The notes under the pieces: model-generated | Database searches by the model: none | What the model was told of the DNA's origin: nothing | What the model saw: only the letters and a program-made list of their open reading frames with translations | Assembly (NCBI GenBank): GCA_937944275.1 | Contig: CALDZH010000142.1 | Location: 1-50,991 of the forward strand | Reading direction: 5' to 3' | DNA: 50,991 nucleotides | From: an uncultured Woeseiaceae bacterium | Lineage (GTDB): Bacteria; Pseudomonadota; Gammaproteobacteria; Steroidobacterales; Woeseiaceae | Made by a program: the position numbers and the translations under genes | Part shown: positions 39,242 to 49,845 of the stretch, piece after piece | Position numbering within the stretch: the first letter of the stretch is position 1 | Layout of the letters: each line of letters begins with the position of its first letter

Positions 39242-41548
39242 ATGGAGCAAAGCTACGAGGCGCTGCAACTCATGGTTAAACCCTGTCTCCTGCTACTGGC
39301 GGGCGGTCTGGCGGCGCAGCATAACATGCTGCCTGTCAGCTCGGACCAAAGCAGCCTGCTTTTGGTTGCATCCATTTGCATGCTGGCAAGACGGAGCCTG
39401 CGATCGGCAGCATTAATCTTGTTTGGTTTTGCGCTGTTTATGCTGGCTGGCGAGGACATCATCGCGAAACGGCTACATCCGACCTATGCAGGTGACAGTA
39501 TGCTGTCCAAGGTCCGAATCGTCGATTTCCCCAGGTCTACAGGTGGTTCCGTGGTGATGACCGTGGAGCCGGTTGGCGATCAGCGCCTGCCCCCGCGCTC
39601 GCGAGTAAGTTGGTTCGAACCATTGGTCGTGCCGGCGATCGGGGAGGTCTGGGAACTGGAACTGCGCCTGCGCCGACCACGCGGCAATTTCAATCCGGGC
39701 GTATTCGATTACGAGTCCTGGTTGTTTCGTGAAAAACATCACGCAACCGGGTATGTCGTTGGGGGCAAACGCAACCGATTACTTTGGGGAGGTGCGGCAT
39801 CGGGCGTTGATAAATGGCGGGAGCAGTTTGCCGCGCAGGCGCAGGCGGCGTCCGAGTCTGAGGGTGCGGCGGCTGTATTGGCCGCGATTGGTGTCGGTGT
39901 TCGTCATCTCGTATCACGCGAACAGTGGGATCGTTTTGCGGTATCCGGCACCAGTCACCTGATGGCGATATCGGGACTGCATGTCGGGCTTGCCGCCCTG
40001 ACCGCATTCCTGGTTGCGTTCGCGATCCTCGGTGCATGGCCCCTGGCTTCAAACACCTACGTGGTTGCCATGATTGCCGGTGTAGTGTGCGCGGCATTGT
40101 ATGCCCTGATTTCGGGCTTTGGGGTGCCGGCAAGGCGTGCCGTAGTCATGCTGCTTGTCGCGGCACTGGCGGTTGCGCGCAGGCGCCAGGTTGACGCGGG
40201 CGCGGCTGTAGCAGTGGCGGCGGTTATCGTCTTTGTTACGGACCCGATAACGACCCTGACACCCGGCTTCCACCTGTCTTTTGCTGCGGTCGTATTACTT
40301 TTGTGGCTGGCGCGTCACAGGGTAATCTCCACGGGCAGGTGGAAAGTCCTGAATAAGCCGCGACAGCTGGTCATCATGCAGGTGTTCCTGCTTTTCGGTC
40401 TCGCACCGCTGACCGCAATTATCTTTCAGCGTCTCTCGGTAATGGCGACACCCGTCAACCTGGTTGCCGTGCCGCTTTTCAGTCTTGTAACGGTGCCATT
40501 AACTCTCGGCGGACTGGTTGTCAGCGACTTGTACGAGCCTGCGGCGCTCTATTTGTTGCGACTGGCAGCACATAGCATCGATTTTCTGGAGTCCTATATT
40601 GCCCTGATGGCCGATATCCCGTTCGCGGATGCCACGCTGGCGCAGATTCACGGATATGCCTTGCTGATCGTCTTAGTACCGCTGGCCTGGGTCCTGTTGC
40701 CGCCTGGATGGCCCGGGCGCCGGGTTGCCGTTTTGGGGCTCGCTGCCTTACTTACCTGGCGGCCGGCGATGCCGCCGGCGGGTTGCTTTGATGCTTGGAC
40801 GCTGGATGTTGGTCAGGGCCTGTCGGTCGCGGTGCAGACCCGGGATAGCACCCTGTTATATGACACCGGCATGGCCTGGCGCAGCGGCGGGAGCGTGGCA
40901 GAACAGGTCATACTGCCTTTCCTGCGTTCGCGTTCGATAAAGCATATCGACTGGCTTGTGATATCTCACGCAGATCTCGATCACAGCGGCGGCACAGCCG
41001 CCATTTCAGACAAGCTTGGTGTTGGCAACGTACTTTATGGCGAGCAGCTCCCAGGTATTTCCGGACGGCGTTGCCGATCCGGGCAGGGCTGGCAGTCGGG
41101 CGGTGTCAATTTCACATTCCTGCATCCTGCGCTTCATTCGAACGTCGAGGGCAACGCGTCATCCTGTGTATTACGAGTTACCGCAGGCTCTTACGGCCTG
41201 TTGCTGACCGGGGACATTGAGGCGGCATCCGAACGCGCCTTGATTCAGAGCCAGGTGCCACTCGCGGCGGACGTTGTCATCGTTCCCCACCATGGGAGCA
41301 CGACGTCATCGACCGTACCTTTTGTGAATTCTGTGCAAGCCGATTACGCGATCGTTTCAGCCGGCCACGCGAATCGCTGGGGCTTTCCGAAATCCGCGGT
41401 TGTTGCTCGCTGGTCGACTGCGGGCGCAGAGGTGCTGAACACGGCATCGTCCGGAGCGGTTCGATTTCGTGTCTGCGCCTCCGGTGGTGTCGTCGAGATG
41501 GAAAAGGAACGATCACTGCGACGCCGTTTCTGGCATGCCGCGACCTGA
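39242..41548 (+). CDS. comEC: DNA internalization-related competence protein ComEC/Rec2
   Basis: Polytopic competence domain (GTSHLMAISGLHVG) plus a C-terminal metallo-beta-lactamase domain (ISHADLDHSGG, VPHHGS). ATG 39272 is an alternative start. Confidence 0.9.
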   Translation: MEQSYEALQLMVKPCLLLLAGGLAAQHNMLPVSSDQSSLLLVASICMLARRSLRSAALILFGFALFMLAGEDIIAKRLHPTYAGDSMLSKVRIVDFPRSTGGSVVMTVEPVGDQRLPPRSRVSWFEPLVVPAIGEVWELELRLRRPRGNFNPGVFDYESWLFREKHHATGYVVGGKRNRLLWGGAASGVDKWREQFAAQAQAASESEGAAAVLAAIGVGVRHLVSREQWDRFAVSGTSHLMAISGLHVGLAALTAFLVAFAILGAWPLASNTYVVAMIAGVVCAALYALISGFGVPARRAVVMLLVAALAVARRRQVDAGAAVAVAAVIVFVTDPITTLTPGFHLSFAAVVLLLWLARHRVISTGRWKVLNKPRQLVIMQVFLLFGLAPLTAIIFQRLSVMATPVNLVAVPLFSLVTVPLTLGGLVVSDLYEPAALYLLRLAAHSIDFLESYIALMADIPFADATLAQIHGYALLIVLVPLAWVLLPPGWPGRRVAVLGLAALLTWRPAMPPAGCFDAWTLDVGQGLSVAVQTRDSTLLYDTGMAWRSGGSVAEQVILPFLRSRSIKHIDWLVISHADLDHSGGTAAISDKLGVGNVLYGEQLPGISGRRCRSGQGWQSGGVNFTFLHPALHSNVEGNASSCVLRVTAGSYGLLLTGDIEAASERALIQSQVPLAADVVIVPHHGSTTSSTVPFVNSVQADYAIVSAGHANRWGFPKSAVVARWSTAGAEVLNTASSGAVRFRVCASGGVVEMEKERSLRRRFWHAAT

Positions 41549-41591
41549 ATACTGATGTATATTTCACCTTTCCTATTCGGTCTGGGCATTT

Positions 41592-42206
41592 ATGGTTGAG
41601 ATAGTCAAATCCGGCGGCTGGTTGATGTTGCCGATCATCCTGTGTGCGATTGTCGCAATGGGTATCACCCTCGAGCGTTTCTGGACCCTGCAGCAAAAGC
41701 GCGTGATTCCGGAAGACCTGACCAGCAAGGTCTGGGGTTGGGTGAAGAAGGACCAGCTGGACCAGAAACAAATCCAGACCCTCCATCAGGGATCGGCTCT
41801 CGGACAGATTCTCGCTGCCGGCCTGATTAACCGTGATCGTGATCGCGTCGTGCTGAAAGACGCCATCGAAGACACCGGGCGTCACGTCGTGCACGAACTC
41901 GAACGCTATCTCGAGACGCTCGGTACGGTTGCCGCTGTCAGTCCGTTGCTCGGCCTGCTCGGCACAGTCATCGGTATGGTCAAGGTGTTCACGGCGATTA
42001 CGACACACGGTGTTGGCAACCCGACCGTTCTGGCCGGCGGTATAGCCGAGGCCCTGATCACGACCGCGGCCGGCCTGAGCGTGGCTATTCCCGCGCTCAT
42101 CGGTTACCGATACTACCGCTCGCGCGTCGATACGCTCGTTGTGGATATGGAAAAGGAAGCTATCAAGCTCGTAGAGGCACTGCACCGCCGCAAGGAAAAG
42201 GAGTAG
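41592..42206 (+). CDS. MotA/TolQ/ExbB proton-channel family protein
   Basis: 204 aa, 3 TM helices, conserved LGLLGTVIGM...GIAEALITTAAGL. Confidence 0.88.
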   Translation: MVEIVKSGGWLMLPIILCAIVAMGITLERFWTLQQKRVIPEDLTSKVWGWVKKDQLDQKQIQTLHQGSALGQILAAGLINRDRDRVVLKDAIEDTGRHVVHELERYLETLGTVAAVSPLLGLLGTVIGMVKVFTAITTHGVGNPTVLAGGIAEALITTAAGLSVAIPALIGYRYYRSRVDTLVVDMEKEAIKLVEALHRRKEKE

Positions 42207-42240
42207 TGGTCTGCCCGATGGACACGCACGAGTCTAGACG

Positions 42241-42663
42241 ATGAAGCTGAGCCTGCGACCTCGGACGGAGCCCGAAGTCAACCTGACATCGTTGATTGAC
42301 GTTGTCCTGCTGTTGCTGATCTTCTTCATGGTATCGACCAGTTTTGTGAAGCAATCGCAAATTGCGATTCGTTTGCCTGAGGCAGAGAGCACAGCAATCA
42401 TTGAACAAGTGCCGTTGCAAATCGACATCATGATTACAGAATCCGGAACATACCTGGTTAACGGTCGAGAACTCATCAATAACAGGGCCGAGACCATTCG
42501 CAACGCATTGCAGAAGATCGCGGGTGGCCGGAACGATCTGCCATTGACCATAAGTGCCGACGCAAATGCAAAACACCAGCATGTTGTCACTGCGATGGAC
42601 GTGGCGGGACGGCTGGGCTTTACGCAGATCAGCATCGCCACAGTGAACGATCCGGTCGAGTGA
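42241..42663 (+). CDS. Biopolymer transporter ExbD/TolR family protein
   Basis: NLTSLIDVVLLLLIFFM N-terminal TM helix. 140 aa, paired with the preceding gene. Confidence 0.88.
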   Translation: MKLSLRPRTEPEVNLTSLIDVVLLLLIFFMVSTSFVKQSQIAIRLPEAESTAIIEQVPLQIDIMITESGTYLVNGRELINNRAETIRNALQKIAGGRNDLPLTISADANAKHQHVVTAMDVAGRLGFTQISIATVNDPVE

Positions 42664-42664
42664 T

Positions 42665-44428
42665 GTGAGCAAGCGAAGCGACTCTGAAGTTCGCGTGGTT
42701 TATGGCCGTCTGTGGCGCTATGTAACACCACATAAGCTCATCGGATTCGTCGCCGTTGTAGGCATGACCATGACCGCCATCGTGGAAGCCGGGCTTGTTG
42801 CCTTACTTGCTCCATTGACAGACGAGGCGCTGGTTGCGAAACAACTCGAAACCGTGAGGTGGATTCCCTACGCATTTATGGGAATTTTTGTGCTTCGAGG
42901 CATCTCCGGCTTCGCGACCGAGGCGTCGCTGGGATGGATAGGGCGGCAGGTGATCAGCGATCTGCGTCGCCAGGTTTTTGGCAAGTTTCTGACTTTGCCA
43001 ATGAGATTTTTCGACGCCCAAACGACGGGTCCGCTGTTGTCTCGGATGACTTATAACGTCGAGATGGTTGCCGAGTCGGTTACGAGCGTCGTAACGATAG
43101 CGGTTCGTGACGTACTGACCGTCATCGCGGCGTTCTGCGTCATGATCTGGTACAGCCCCAAGCTGACGATTTTTGTTGTCATCCTGTTTCCAATCGTTGC
43201 CATGCTGGTTCGGCTGTTAGGCATAGCGTTCCGGCGCTACAGCAGTCGTATCCAGGACTCCGTCGGCGAGGTCACGCAGGTAACGGAAGAGGTCGTGCGT
43301 GGCAACTGGGTCGTTAAAGCATTCGCGGGTTACGACTATGAGCGCCAGCGGATCGACGATGCTGACGGGCGCAATCGCAGGCAGCACCTGAAGATGATCC
43401 GTGTACGCTCGATGGGTGTTGCCGTTACCCAGCTCGTATTTGGTATGGGTATTGCGCTGGTCATCTACATGGCAGCGAGGGAGTCGCTCGAAGGGGCGCT
43501 GACAGCAGGTCAGTTCATTGCTTTCTTCTCGGCCATGATGCTTATGCTGCAACCGGTTCGACGGATAACCAATGTCAACGCAACCTTGCAACGCGGTGTT
43601 GCTGGCGCGGACAGCTTGTTTGCAATTCTTGATGAAGATAACGAAGACGATAGCGGTACGGTTGATGTTGATCGCGTCAGAGGCGATGTCAGTTTCCGCG
43701 ATGTGAGTTTCTCTTACGTCGGCGAGAATGGCGAGGTACTTCACGGCGTAAATGTAGATATCGGGGCGGGTAACACCCTCGCTGTCGTTGGTCAATCCGG
43801 AAGTGGCAAGACGACGCTCGCAAGCCTGTTGCCGCGTTTCTACGAGATCGAGTCAGGAGATATTCTGATCGACGGTACGCCAATACGCGACTACACGCTG
43901 GAGAGTCTGCGCAAAAACATTGCTCTCGTATCGCAGGATGTCGTGCTGTTCAATGACACAATCGCCAATAATCTTGCGTATGGCCAGCTACGCGGTTGTA
44001 CTGATGAGGAATTGCGCCAGGCGGCCGAAGCGGCGCACATTCTGGATTTTGCCGATGAGATGCCGAAAGGCTTAAACACGATGGTCGGTGATCGTGGTGT
44101 GTTGCTTTCGGGCGGGCAGCGTCAACGAATCGCGATTGGACGCGCACTCTTGAAAAACGCACCTATTCTGATTCTCGATGAGGCGACATCGTCGCTCGAT
44201 ACGCAATCCGAGCGGCGTATCCAGGATGCCCTGAATGCACTTATGCAGGATCGGACGACGCTGGTTATAGCGCACCGCCTGTCGACGGTGGAAAAAGCCG
44301 ACAAGATCATCGTTCTCGATGCTGGCCGTATCGTCGAATCCGGGACACACACTGAACTGCTCGCACAGAACGGTGTATATGCATCCCTTTATCGAATGCA
44401 GTTCAGTGACGAGTCTACAGACGAGTGA
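42665..44428 (+). CDS. msbA: Lipid A export permease/ATP-binding protein MsbA
   Basis: 6-TM ABC exporter domain plus NBD ([26 protein letters not shown]). Immediately upstream of lpxK, as in E. coli. GTG start. Confidence 0.9.
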   Translation: MSKRSDSEVRVVYGRLWRYVTPHKLIGFVAVVGMTMTAIVEAGLVALLAPLTDEALVAKQLETVRWIPYAFMGIFVLRGISGFATEASLGWIGRQVISDLRRQVFGKFLTLPMRFFDAQTTGPLLSRMTYNVEMVAESVTSVVTIAVRDVLTVIAAFCVMIWYSPKLTIFVVILFPIVAMLVRLLGIAFRRYSSRIQDSVGEVTQVTEEVVRGNWVVKAFAGYDYERQRIDDADGRNRRQHLKMIRVRSMGVAVTQLVFGMGIALVIYMAARESLEGALTAGQFIAFFSAMMLMLQPVRRITNVNATLQRGVAGADSLFAILDEDNEDDSGTVDVDRVRGDVSFRDVSFSYVGENGEVLHGVNVDIGAGNTLAVVGQSGSGKTTLASLLPRFYEIESGDILIDGTPIRDYTLESLRKNIALVSQDVVLFNDTIANNLAYGQLRGCTDEELRQAAEAAHILDFADEMPKGLNTMVGDRGVLLSGGQRQRIAIGRALLKNAPILILDEATSSLDTQSERRIQDALNALMQDRTTLVIAHRLSTVEKADKIIVLDAGRIVESGTHTELLAQNGVYASLYRMQFSDESTDE

Positions 44429-45465
44429 GTTCGGGTGTCGTTTATAACTGGGTACACCGAGTCTGGTACGAAGATGCATCAGGATGGATTCTGCTGCCCC
44501 TGAGCGGACTTTACTGGCTACTCCTGGTACTGCGCAGGCTCTTTTATGACCTGGGCCTGTTCACGATACACAGGGCAGCTGCTCCGGTGATCGTCGTCGG
44601 CAATATTACGGCCGGCGGGACAGGCAAAACGCCAACCGTGCTGTGGTTGGTACAGGAACTCCGAAGTCGAGGCTTCAGGCCGGGCATTGTGAGCCGTGGT
44701 TACGGAGGCAGCCAGTCAGGAACATCGATGCGGGTGGAGGCAGATAGCGATGCATCTCTCGCCGGTGATGAACCGGTATTGCTAGCGCGGCGGGGCAGGT
44801 GCCCGGTTGTTGTTGATCCGGATCGGGCGCGAGCCGCCGCAATGCTGGTCGAGGATGGCGCCGACGTAATCATCGCGGATGATGGACTGCAGCATTACCG
44901 ACTGGCCCGGGATTACGAGATCTGTGTTGTTGACGGTGCCAGGGGCTTGGGAAACCGGCGGTTGCTGCCAGCGGGGCCATTGCGCGAGGGTGTCCGGCGT
45001 CTTGAGGATGTTGATCAGGTGCTGGTGAACGGCACTCTGCGAAGCAGTGAATACGACCTGACACCGGCTGAACAGAATGCCGTCTCGTTCGAACTCGTGG
45101 CCACTGAGGCCTGTCGCCTGAGTGACTCTCTGGTGCGCCCTATTGAGCGCTTTCAGAATACAACCGTGCATGGCGTAGCAGCTATAGGCAATCCGCAGCG
45201 TTTCTTTGATCTTCTGCGCGGGCACGGAATCCAGGTCATCGAGCACGTCTTTCCAGATCACGCCGCATTGGGCGGCAAAGACTTCGACTTTGGCGACGAC
45301 TTCGAGGTTTTTATGACGGAGAAAGATGCCGTTAAACTGGGTCGAGACTCGGGGGATAAGCTCTGGTATGTGCCTGTGGAATTGAAGATGGACCCGATGT
45401 TTGCGGCGCCGTTGATCGAACAAATCGAATCACGACTGCGTTTGGGGAATAATGTCGATGAATGA
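44425..45465 (+). CDS. lpxK: Tetraacyldisaccharide 4'-kinase
   Basis: P-loop VGNITAGGTGKTP, SRGYGG. The GTG start overlaps the msbA stop. Confidence 0.93.
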   Translation: MSSGVVYNWVHRVWYEDASGWILLPLSGLYWLLLVLRRLFYDLGLFTIHRAAAPVIVVGNITAGGTGKTPTVLWLVQELRSRGFRPGIVSRGYGGSQSGTSMRVEADSDASLAGDEPVLLARRGRCPVVVDPDRARAAAMLVEDGADVIIADDGLQHYRLARDYEICVVDGARGLGNRRLLPAGPLREGVRRLEDVDQVLVNGTLRSSEYDLTPAEQNAVSFELVATEACRLSDSLVRPIERFQNTTVHGVAAIGNPQRFFDLLRGHGIQVIEHVFPDHAALGGKDFDFGDDFEVFMTEKDAVKLGRDSGDKLWYVPVELKMDPMFAAPLIEQIESRLRLGNNVDE

Positions 45466-46201
45466 TTTCATTGTTGTCATACCGGCGCGCTACGCGTCGG
45501 TGAGGCTGCCTGGCAAGGCGCTGCGAGATATTCGTGGCAGGCCGATGATTCAACACGTGTATGAACGCGGCAAGGAGAGCGGAGCAACCGAGGTTGTCAT
45601 TGCTACGGATGATGAGCGCATTGCGGAAGCTGCCGAGGATTTTGGTGCAGTCGTATGCATGACGGGCGACCACCATCAGTCCGGAACAGAGAGAATCGCC
45701 GAGGTCGCTGACCTGATGGACTGGGAAGACCGACAAGTGGTTGTCAATCTACAAGGTGACGAGCCTGCGATGCCGCCACAACTGATTGATCAGTGTGCGT
45801 CGTTGCTGGACGACGCAACGGCCGACATTGCCACCTTGGCATCACCCTTCAAGAACCAGGAGGATTTCCAGAATCCTAACTGTGTAAAAGTCGTTCGCGA
45901 TGTGAATGATCACGCGATCTATTTCAGTCGGGCCTCGATTCCATATTCGCGCGACGAAGGCAGCGAGAGACGTGCCGCGAGCGCGGCGCTACATCACCAT
46001 GGCATCTATGCTTATCGCTGTGGTGTTTTGCGCCGCTTCGTAGCGTCCGCACCATCCGAGCTTGAAATGTGCGAGCAACTGGAGCAACTGCGCGCATTGT
46101 CGCTAGGCATGACCATTGCCGTCGGTGTACCGCCGATGCGCCCAGGTACGGGTGTCGATACCGAAGAAGACCTCGAGCGAGCGAGTACAGAGCTTCCGTA
46201 G
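45452..46201 (+). CDS. kdsB: 3-deoxy-manno-octulosonate cytidylyltransferase
   Basis: VVIPARYASVRLPGKAL, VNLQGDEP, IYAYR motifs. Confidence 0.95.
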   Translation: MSMNDFIVVIPARYASVRLPGKALRDIRGRPMIQHVYERGKESGATEVVIATDDERIAEAAEDFGAVVCMTGDHHQSGTERIAEVADLMDWEDRQVVVNLQGDEPAMPPQLIDQCASLLDDATADIATLASPFKNQEDFQNPNCVKVVRDVNDHAIYFSRASIPYSRDEGSERRAASAALHHHGIYAYRCGVLRRFVASAPSELEMCEQLEQLRALSLGMTIAVGVPPMRPGTGVDTEEDLERASTELP

Positions 46202-46219
46202 CTGATTCGTGCGATCGCC

Positions 46220-48613
46220 TTACGCTTCTTGTGATGCGACCGGTCGAACCAGGTAATGTGCCAATCCCGGTAACAACAGGAGCGCGCCAAGCATGTTCCA
46301 CAGGAACATGAACGTCAGCATCAACCCCATATCGGCCTGGAACTTGATCGGCGAGAATATCCAGGTGCCCACACCTATTGCGAGCGTCAGGCCGGTAAAC
46401 GCCACGGCGATACCCGTTGTTTGCAGCGCTTTCAGGTACGCAGTATAGAGAGACAGGCCTCGTTTCAGGTAACTCTCCATCTTGCTGTAGATATAAATAC
46501 CATAGTCGACACCGATACCGACGCCCAGGGCGATTACAGGCAGGGTCGCGACCTTCACGCCTATGCCCAGCATTGCCATGAGAGCCTGGCCAAGTACCGA
46601 TGTCAGCGCGAGAGGCAAGATGATGCAGAGGACTGCACGCCAGGAACGGAACGTCAGGAATACGAGGAAACTCACGACGCCATAGACCAGCGCCAGCATC
46701 TGGTACTGTGCTTTGCTGATCACAATATTGGTAACCGATTCGATACCCGCGTTTCCTGCAGCGAGTGCAAACTTGATGTAGCCGGTGTCGCCGGCAGCAA
46801 TAGTGAATTCCAGGTCTTCGCTGTCGTACTCATTAGCGAAATCCTCGGCGACACGAATGACCTCACTCAGCGTTTCTGCCTTGTGGTCATTCAGGAAAAT
46901 CAGAACAGGAACCATGCTGCAGTCGGTATTGATCAACGTGCTCGGCACGGAGCTGAGCGAGTTGTTCAGTATGTATCGGTTGCGGCTCAGTGTATGCCAT
47001 TTCGGATTGCCCTCGTTCATCGCCATGATGACGCGTTTCGAAACGTCGACCAGCGAGATGACCGATTGCACACCCTCTGTATTCTTCATCACTTCCTGAA
47101 AGCGGTCGACCGCCGAGACGGTGATGTACTCACCACATTGCTGGGGCGCAGTCTGAACCATCGTCACGAAGACATCAGTGCTGGTCGTGTAGTTTTCCGT
47201 CAGGAACGCATTGTCGAGGTTGTATCTCGAGTCGGGCCGCAATTCGGGGGCGCCGGCATCCAGGTCGCCGATACGCAGATCCTTGCTGCCGTAGATCCCG
47301 AAACCAAATAGCGCAATGGCAACGACTATTGTGATCGGTGCAAATGGCGGCTTCGCAAAGTGCGCGATAAACGGCCAGAGTTTCGACGGTTTATCCTTCT
47401 TTCGGTGCAGGTATCGTATCGACGGTTTCGACAGGCCCACATAGGACATCAATATGGGCAACAGGATGAGGTTGGTGAAGATCAGTACGCCAACGCCAAT
47501 ACTGGCTGTCAATGCCAACTCCTGGATTACCGGAATCTCGATAACCATGAGCGTGAGGAAGCCGATGCCATCGCTCACCAGGGCAACGAGTCCGGGAATA
47601 TGAAGCGCGCGAAATGCGCGTCGCGCCGACCAGAGAGGGCCTGCTCCAAAGAAGAAGCGAACGGCAATATTGTTGATGATCTGCACGCCGTGGCTGATTC
47701 CTATCGCGAAGACCAGGAATGGCACGAGCATGGAGTAGGGGTCCAGGCCAAAGCCCAGGGCACGCAACAAGCCGAGCTGCCAGACTACGGCAATCGTAGA
47801 GCAGGTAAGCGGCACGAGAGTCGCGAAAATGCATCGTGAGTAGAGCATCAGGAGCGCGAAAGTAATGACCAGCGCGACCCCGAAGAACATCGCCACGAGA
47901 GTCGCCCCCTCAATGAGGTCACCGACGACCTTGGCGAAACCTGTCACATGAATACTTATGTTGTCGGTCTGGTACTTGTCGCGAACGAGCGTTTCGATGC
48001 TTCTCGAGAAATCGCGGTAGTCGAGTTTTTCACCTGTCTCCGCGTTAATGTCGGTAAGAGGAGCAATGATGATTGATGATTTGAAGTTATTGGCAACAAG
48101 CCGACCAACCTGCCCGGAGCGCAAAATATTCAGTCGCAGCTGTTCCAGTGACTCGTCCGATCCATCGTAACCATTCGGAATGACGGCACCGCCGCGAAAA
48201 CCCTCTTCAGTGACTTCGCTCCAGCGAACGTTTGGTGTCCAGATCGACTGCAGGCGCGAGCGGTCTACGCCTGGGATATAAAAAACCTCATCGTTAATTT
48301 GCCGCAGTGCTTCCTGAAACTCTTTATCGAAAATATCACCCTCGGACGTTGCGACGATGATGCGAACGGAGTTGCTGAGGCTGGCCAGGTCGGCCTTGTT
48401 GTCGAGGTAATTCTGAATATAGGGATGCGACGTCGGAATCATCTTCTCGAAACTGGCGTCGGGTTCGATTTGTATTGCCTGCCAGCCGAGAAGTATCGTC
48501 ATCAGAACGAAAAGAATGATGACGGTGACTCTGTTTTCGAACAGGATGCGCTCGGCTAATGGCGGACGCTCGTTTTCCGACAGTCCGGTCTGCCGGTTGA
48601 TAGTCTCATTCAT
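46220..48613 (-). CDS. RND-superfamily (MMPL/HAE3-like) exporter
   Basis: Two repeats, each with a periplasmic loop and a 5-6 TM bundle. ATG 48613 (MNETINRQ...) overlaps the stop of the upstream BNR gene by 8 nt (ATGAATGA). The track start at 48649 would overlap by 44 nt. Confidence 0.85.
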   Translation of the reverse strand: MNETINRQTGLSENERPPLAERILFENRVTVIILFVLMTILLGWQAIQIEPDASFEKMIPTSHPYIQNYLDNKADLASLSNSVRIIVATSEGDIFDKEFQEALRQINDEVFYIPGVDRSRLQSIWTPNVRWSEVTEEGFRGGAVIPNGYDGSDESLEQLRLNILRSGQVGRLVANNFKSSIIIAPLTDINAETGEKLDYRDFSRSIETLVRDKYQTDNISIHVTGFAKVVGDLIEGATLVAMFFGVALVITFALLMLYSRCIFATLVPLTCSTIAVVWQLGLLRALGFGLDPYSMLVPFLVFAIGISHGVQIINNIAVRFFFGAGPLWSARRAFRALHIPGLVALVSDGIGFLTLMVIEIPVIQELALTASIGVGVLIFTNLILLPILMSYVGLSKPSIRYLHRKKDKPSKLWPFIAHFAKPPFAPITIVVAIALFGFGIYGSKDLRIGDLDAGAPELRPDSRYNLDNAFLTENYTTSTDVFVTMVQTAPQQCGEYITVSAVDRFQEVMKNTEGVQSVISLVDVSKRVIMAMNEGNPKWHTLSRNRYILNNSLSSVPSTLINTDCSMVPVLIFLNDHKAETLSEVIRVAEDFANEYDSEDLEFTIAAGDTGYIKFALAAGNAGIESVTNIVISKAQYQMLALVYGVVSFLVFLTFRSWRAVLCIILPLALTSVLGQALMAMLGIGVKVATLPVIALGVGIGVDYGIYIYSKMESYLKRGLSLYTAYLKALQTTGIAVAFTGLTLAIGVGTWIFSPIKFQADMGLMLTFMFLWNMLGALLLLPGLAHYLVRPVASQEA

Positions 48614-49772
48614 GACTGTCAACACCGTCAGCGATGGAGACACCGCCAAAACCGACCAGCATTATTTTTCCATCTGGTGTTTCAGTGACGCCGCTGTATA
48701 CGCGGTTACCGGAAGTCGAAAGCGTTTCGAAGCTCGTGCCATTATCATTACTTGCGAGCACCGCACCAGCAGATCCAACCAGCACAATGGTGCCGTCCGA
48801 TCGTGTCATACCGCTCAAAAGCGTCCTCTCGTCGCCAGTCTCGACAGCCATCCAGGAATCGCCTTCATCGGTAGACCGAAACACATTGCCCCGCAGCCCG
48901 AACGCAATAAATCCGCCATCGCGGGCTGCTACGATGCCAAAAAATGATCCCTGGTAGGGCGCGTCTGGTCGGTCCCAGGATTCGCCGTCGTCCCTGGAGC
49001 GCAGCAATGTGCCGGCTTCGCCGGCTACGAGCAGGGTTCCGGAAACGGAACGGGCTATACCATAGAGATGAAAATCATCAGGGTTGTCGAGGCGATCCGA
49101 GATCAGGCTCCACGTCGAGCCACCGTCCCGGGTTTGCAACATGATCCCGTATGCCCCCAGGGCAAACCCATTGCGCTCATCCCGGAACCAGATGTCGAGG
49201 AGGGGCATCGCCACGCCGTCTTCAAGGGCCGCCGACGCGTCGTCTAACGCGAACTGCGCATCTTCGAGTTCCCATTCGAGATCAGGGATTTCATCCGGGC
49301 TCGCCTGCTCAATTTCGGCTTCGAGCTGTCTGATCGTGGCTTCGGCCGCGTCGGCAGATAGCCGCGCTATGTCCGTTCCTGTGAAATTTGTTTGCCAGCT
49401 TTCGCCGCGGTCCGTGGATCGCAGCAATATACCGTCATGCCCGGCCACCCATGCGCAATTCACGCCACAAAAGGTCACCGCTGTTATCGAGAGCGACACC
49501 GGCACCTGCGCGTGTGTCCACGACGTACCATTGTCATCAGAGTAGAGGATATGTCCCTGTTCACCTGCAATCAGGGTTCGCTGACCTTCGGTGACCGCGT
49601 CAAGGATGAGGCTGTCGGATGCGGCTTCTGTAGGCAGCGCGGGGAGCATCTGGAAACGCGTGGACCGGCCTTCACTGGTGACAACCAATCCTGTGACAGC
49701 AAACAGGATTGCCAGGATCTGCAGGAAAATGCGCCGCTTGCGGCGCAGATTGGCGAGCGCATCGAAACGCAT
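48606..49772 (-). CDS. BNR/Ycf48-like beta-propeller protein with N-terminal signal anchor
   Basis: Repeated S-x-D-x-G-x-(S/T)-W BNR motifs (SDDNGTSW, STDRGESW, TRDGGSTW, SRDDGESW, STDEGDSW, SNDNGTSF). Confidence 0.85.
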   Translation of the reverse strand: MRFDALANLRRKRRIFLQILAILFAVTGLVVTSEGRSTRFQMLPALPTEAASDSLILDAVTEGQRTLIAGEQGHILYSDDNGTSWTHAQVPVSLSITAVTFCGVNCAWVAGHDGILLRSTDRGESWQTNFTGTDIARLSADAAEATIRQLEAEIEQASPDEIPDLEWELEDAQFALDDASAALEDGVAMPLLDIWFRDERNGFALGAYGIMLQTRDGGSTWSLISDRLDNPDDFHLYGIARSVSGTLLVAGEAGTLLRSRDDGESWDRPDAPYQGSFFGIVAARDGGFIAFGLRGNVFRSTDEGDSWMAVETGDERTLLSGMTRSDGTIVLVGSAGAVLASNDNGTSFETLSTSGNRVYSGVTETPDGKIMLVGFGGVSIADGVDSHE

Positions 49773-49803
49773 TATGGGTTAATTCCCCCCGAAACGGTTG
49801 ATG

Positions 49804-49827
49804 GCGGCGGGCGTTACCGCCCGCCGC
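49804..49827 (-). other. Perfect 10-bp GC hairpin with GNRA loop in the DUF1329/BNR intercistronic gap
   Basis: Minus-strand RNA GCGGCGGGCG-GUAA-CGCCCGCCGC. No U-tract follows. Confidence 0.6.
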
Positions 49828-49845
49828 TGTTCTTGTTATACGAGC

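Noticed and set aside
39612-39621. A GGTTCGAACC element resembling a tRNA T-arm.
   Set aside because: It lies inside comEC, is just a short palindrome, and has no flanking acceptor or anticodon arms. I found no tRNA or rRNA anywhere in the window.
41549-41591. Possible Fur box upstream of the exbB-type gene (TGAATACTGATGTATATTTCAC).
   Set aside because: Only about 10 of 18 positions match the GATAATGATAATCATTATC consensus in the best register, and there is no clear dyad.
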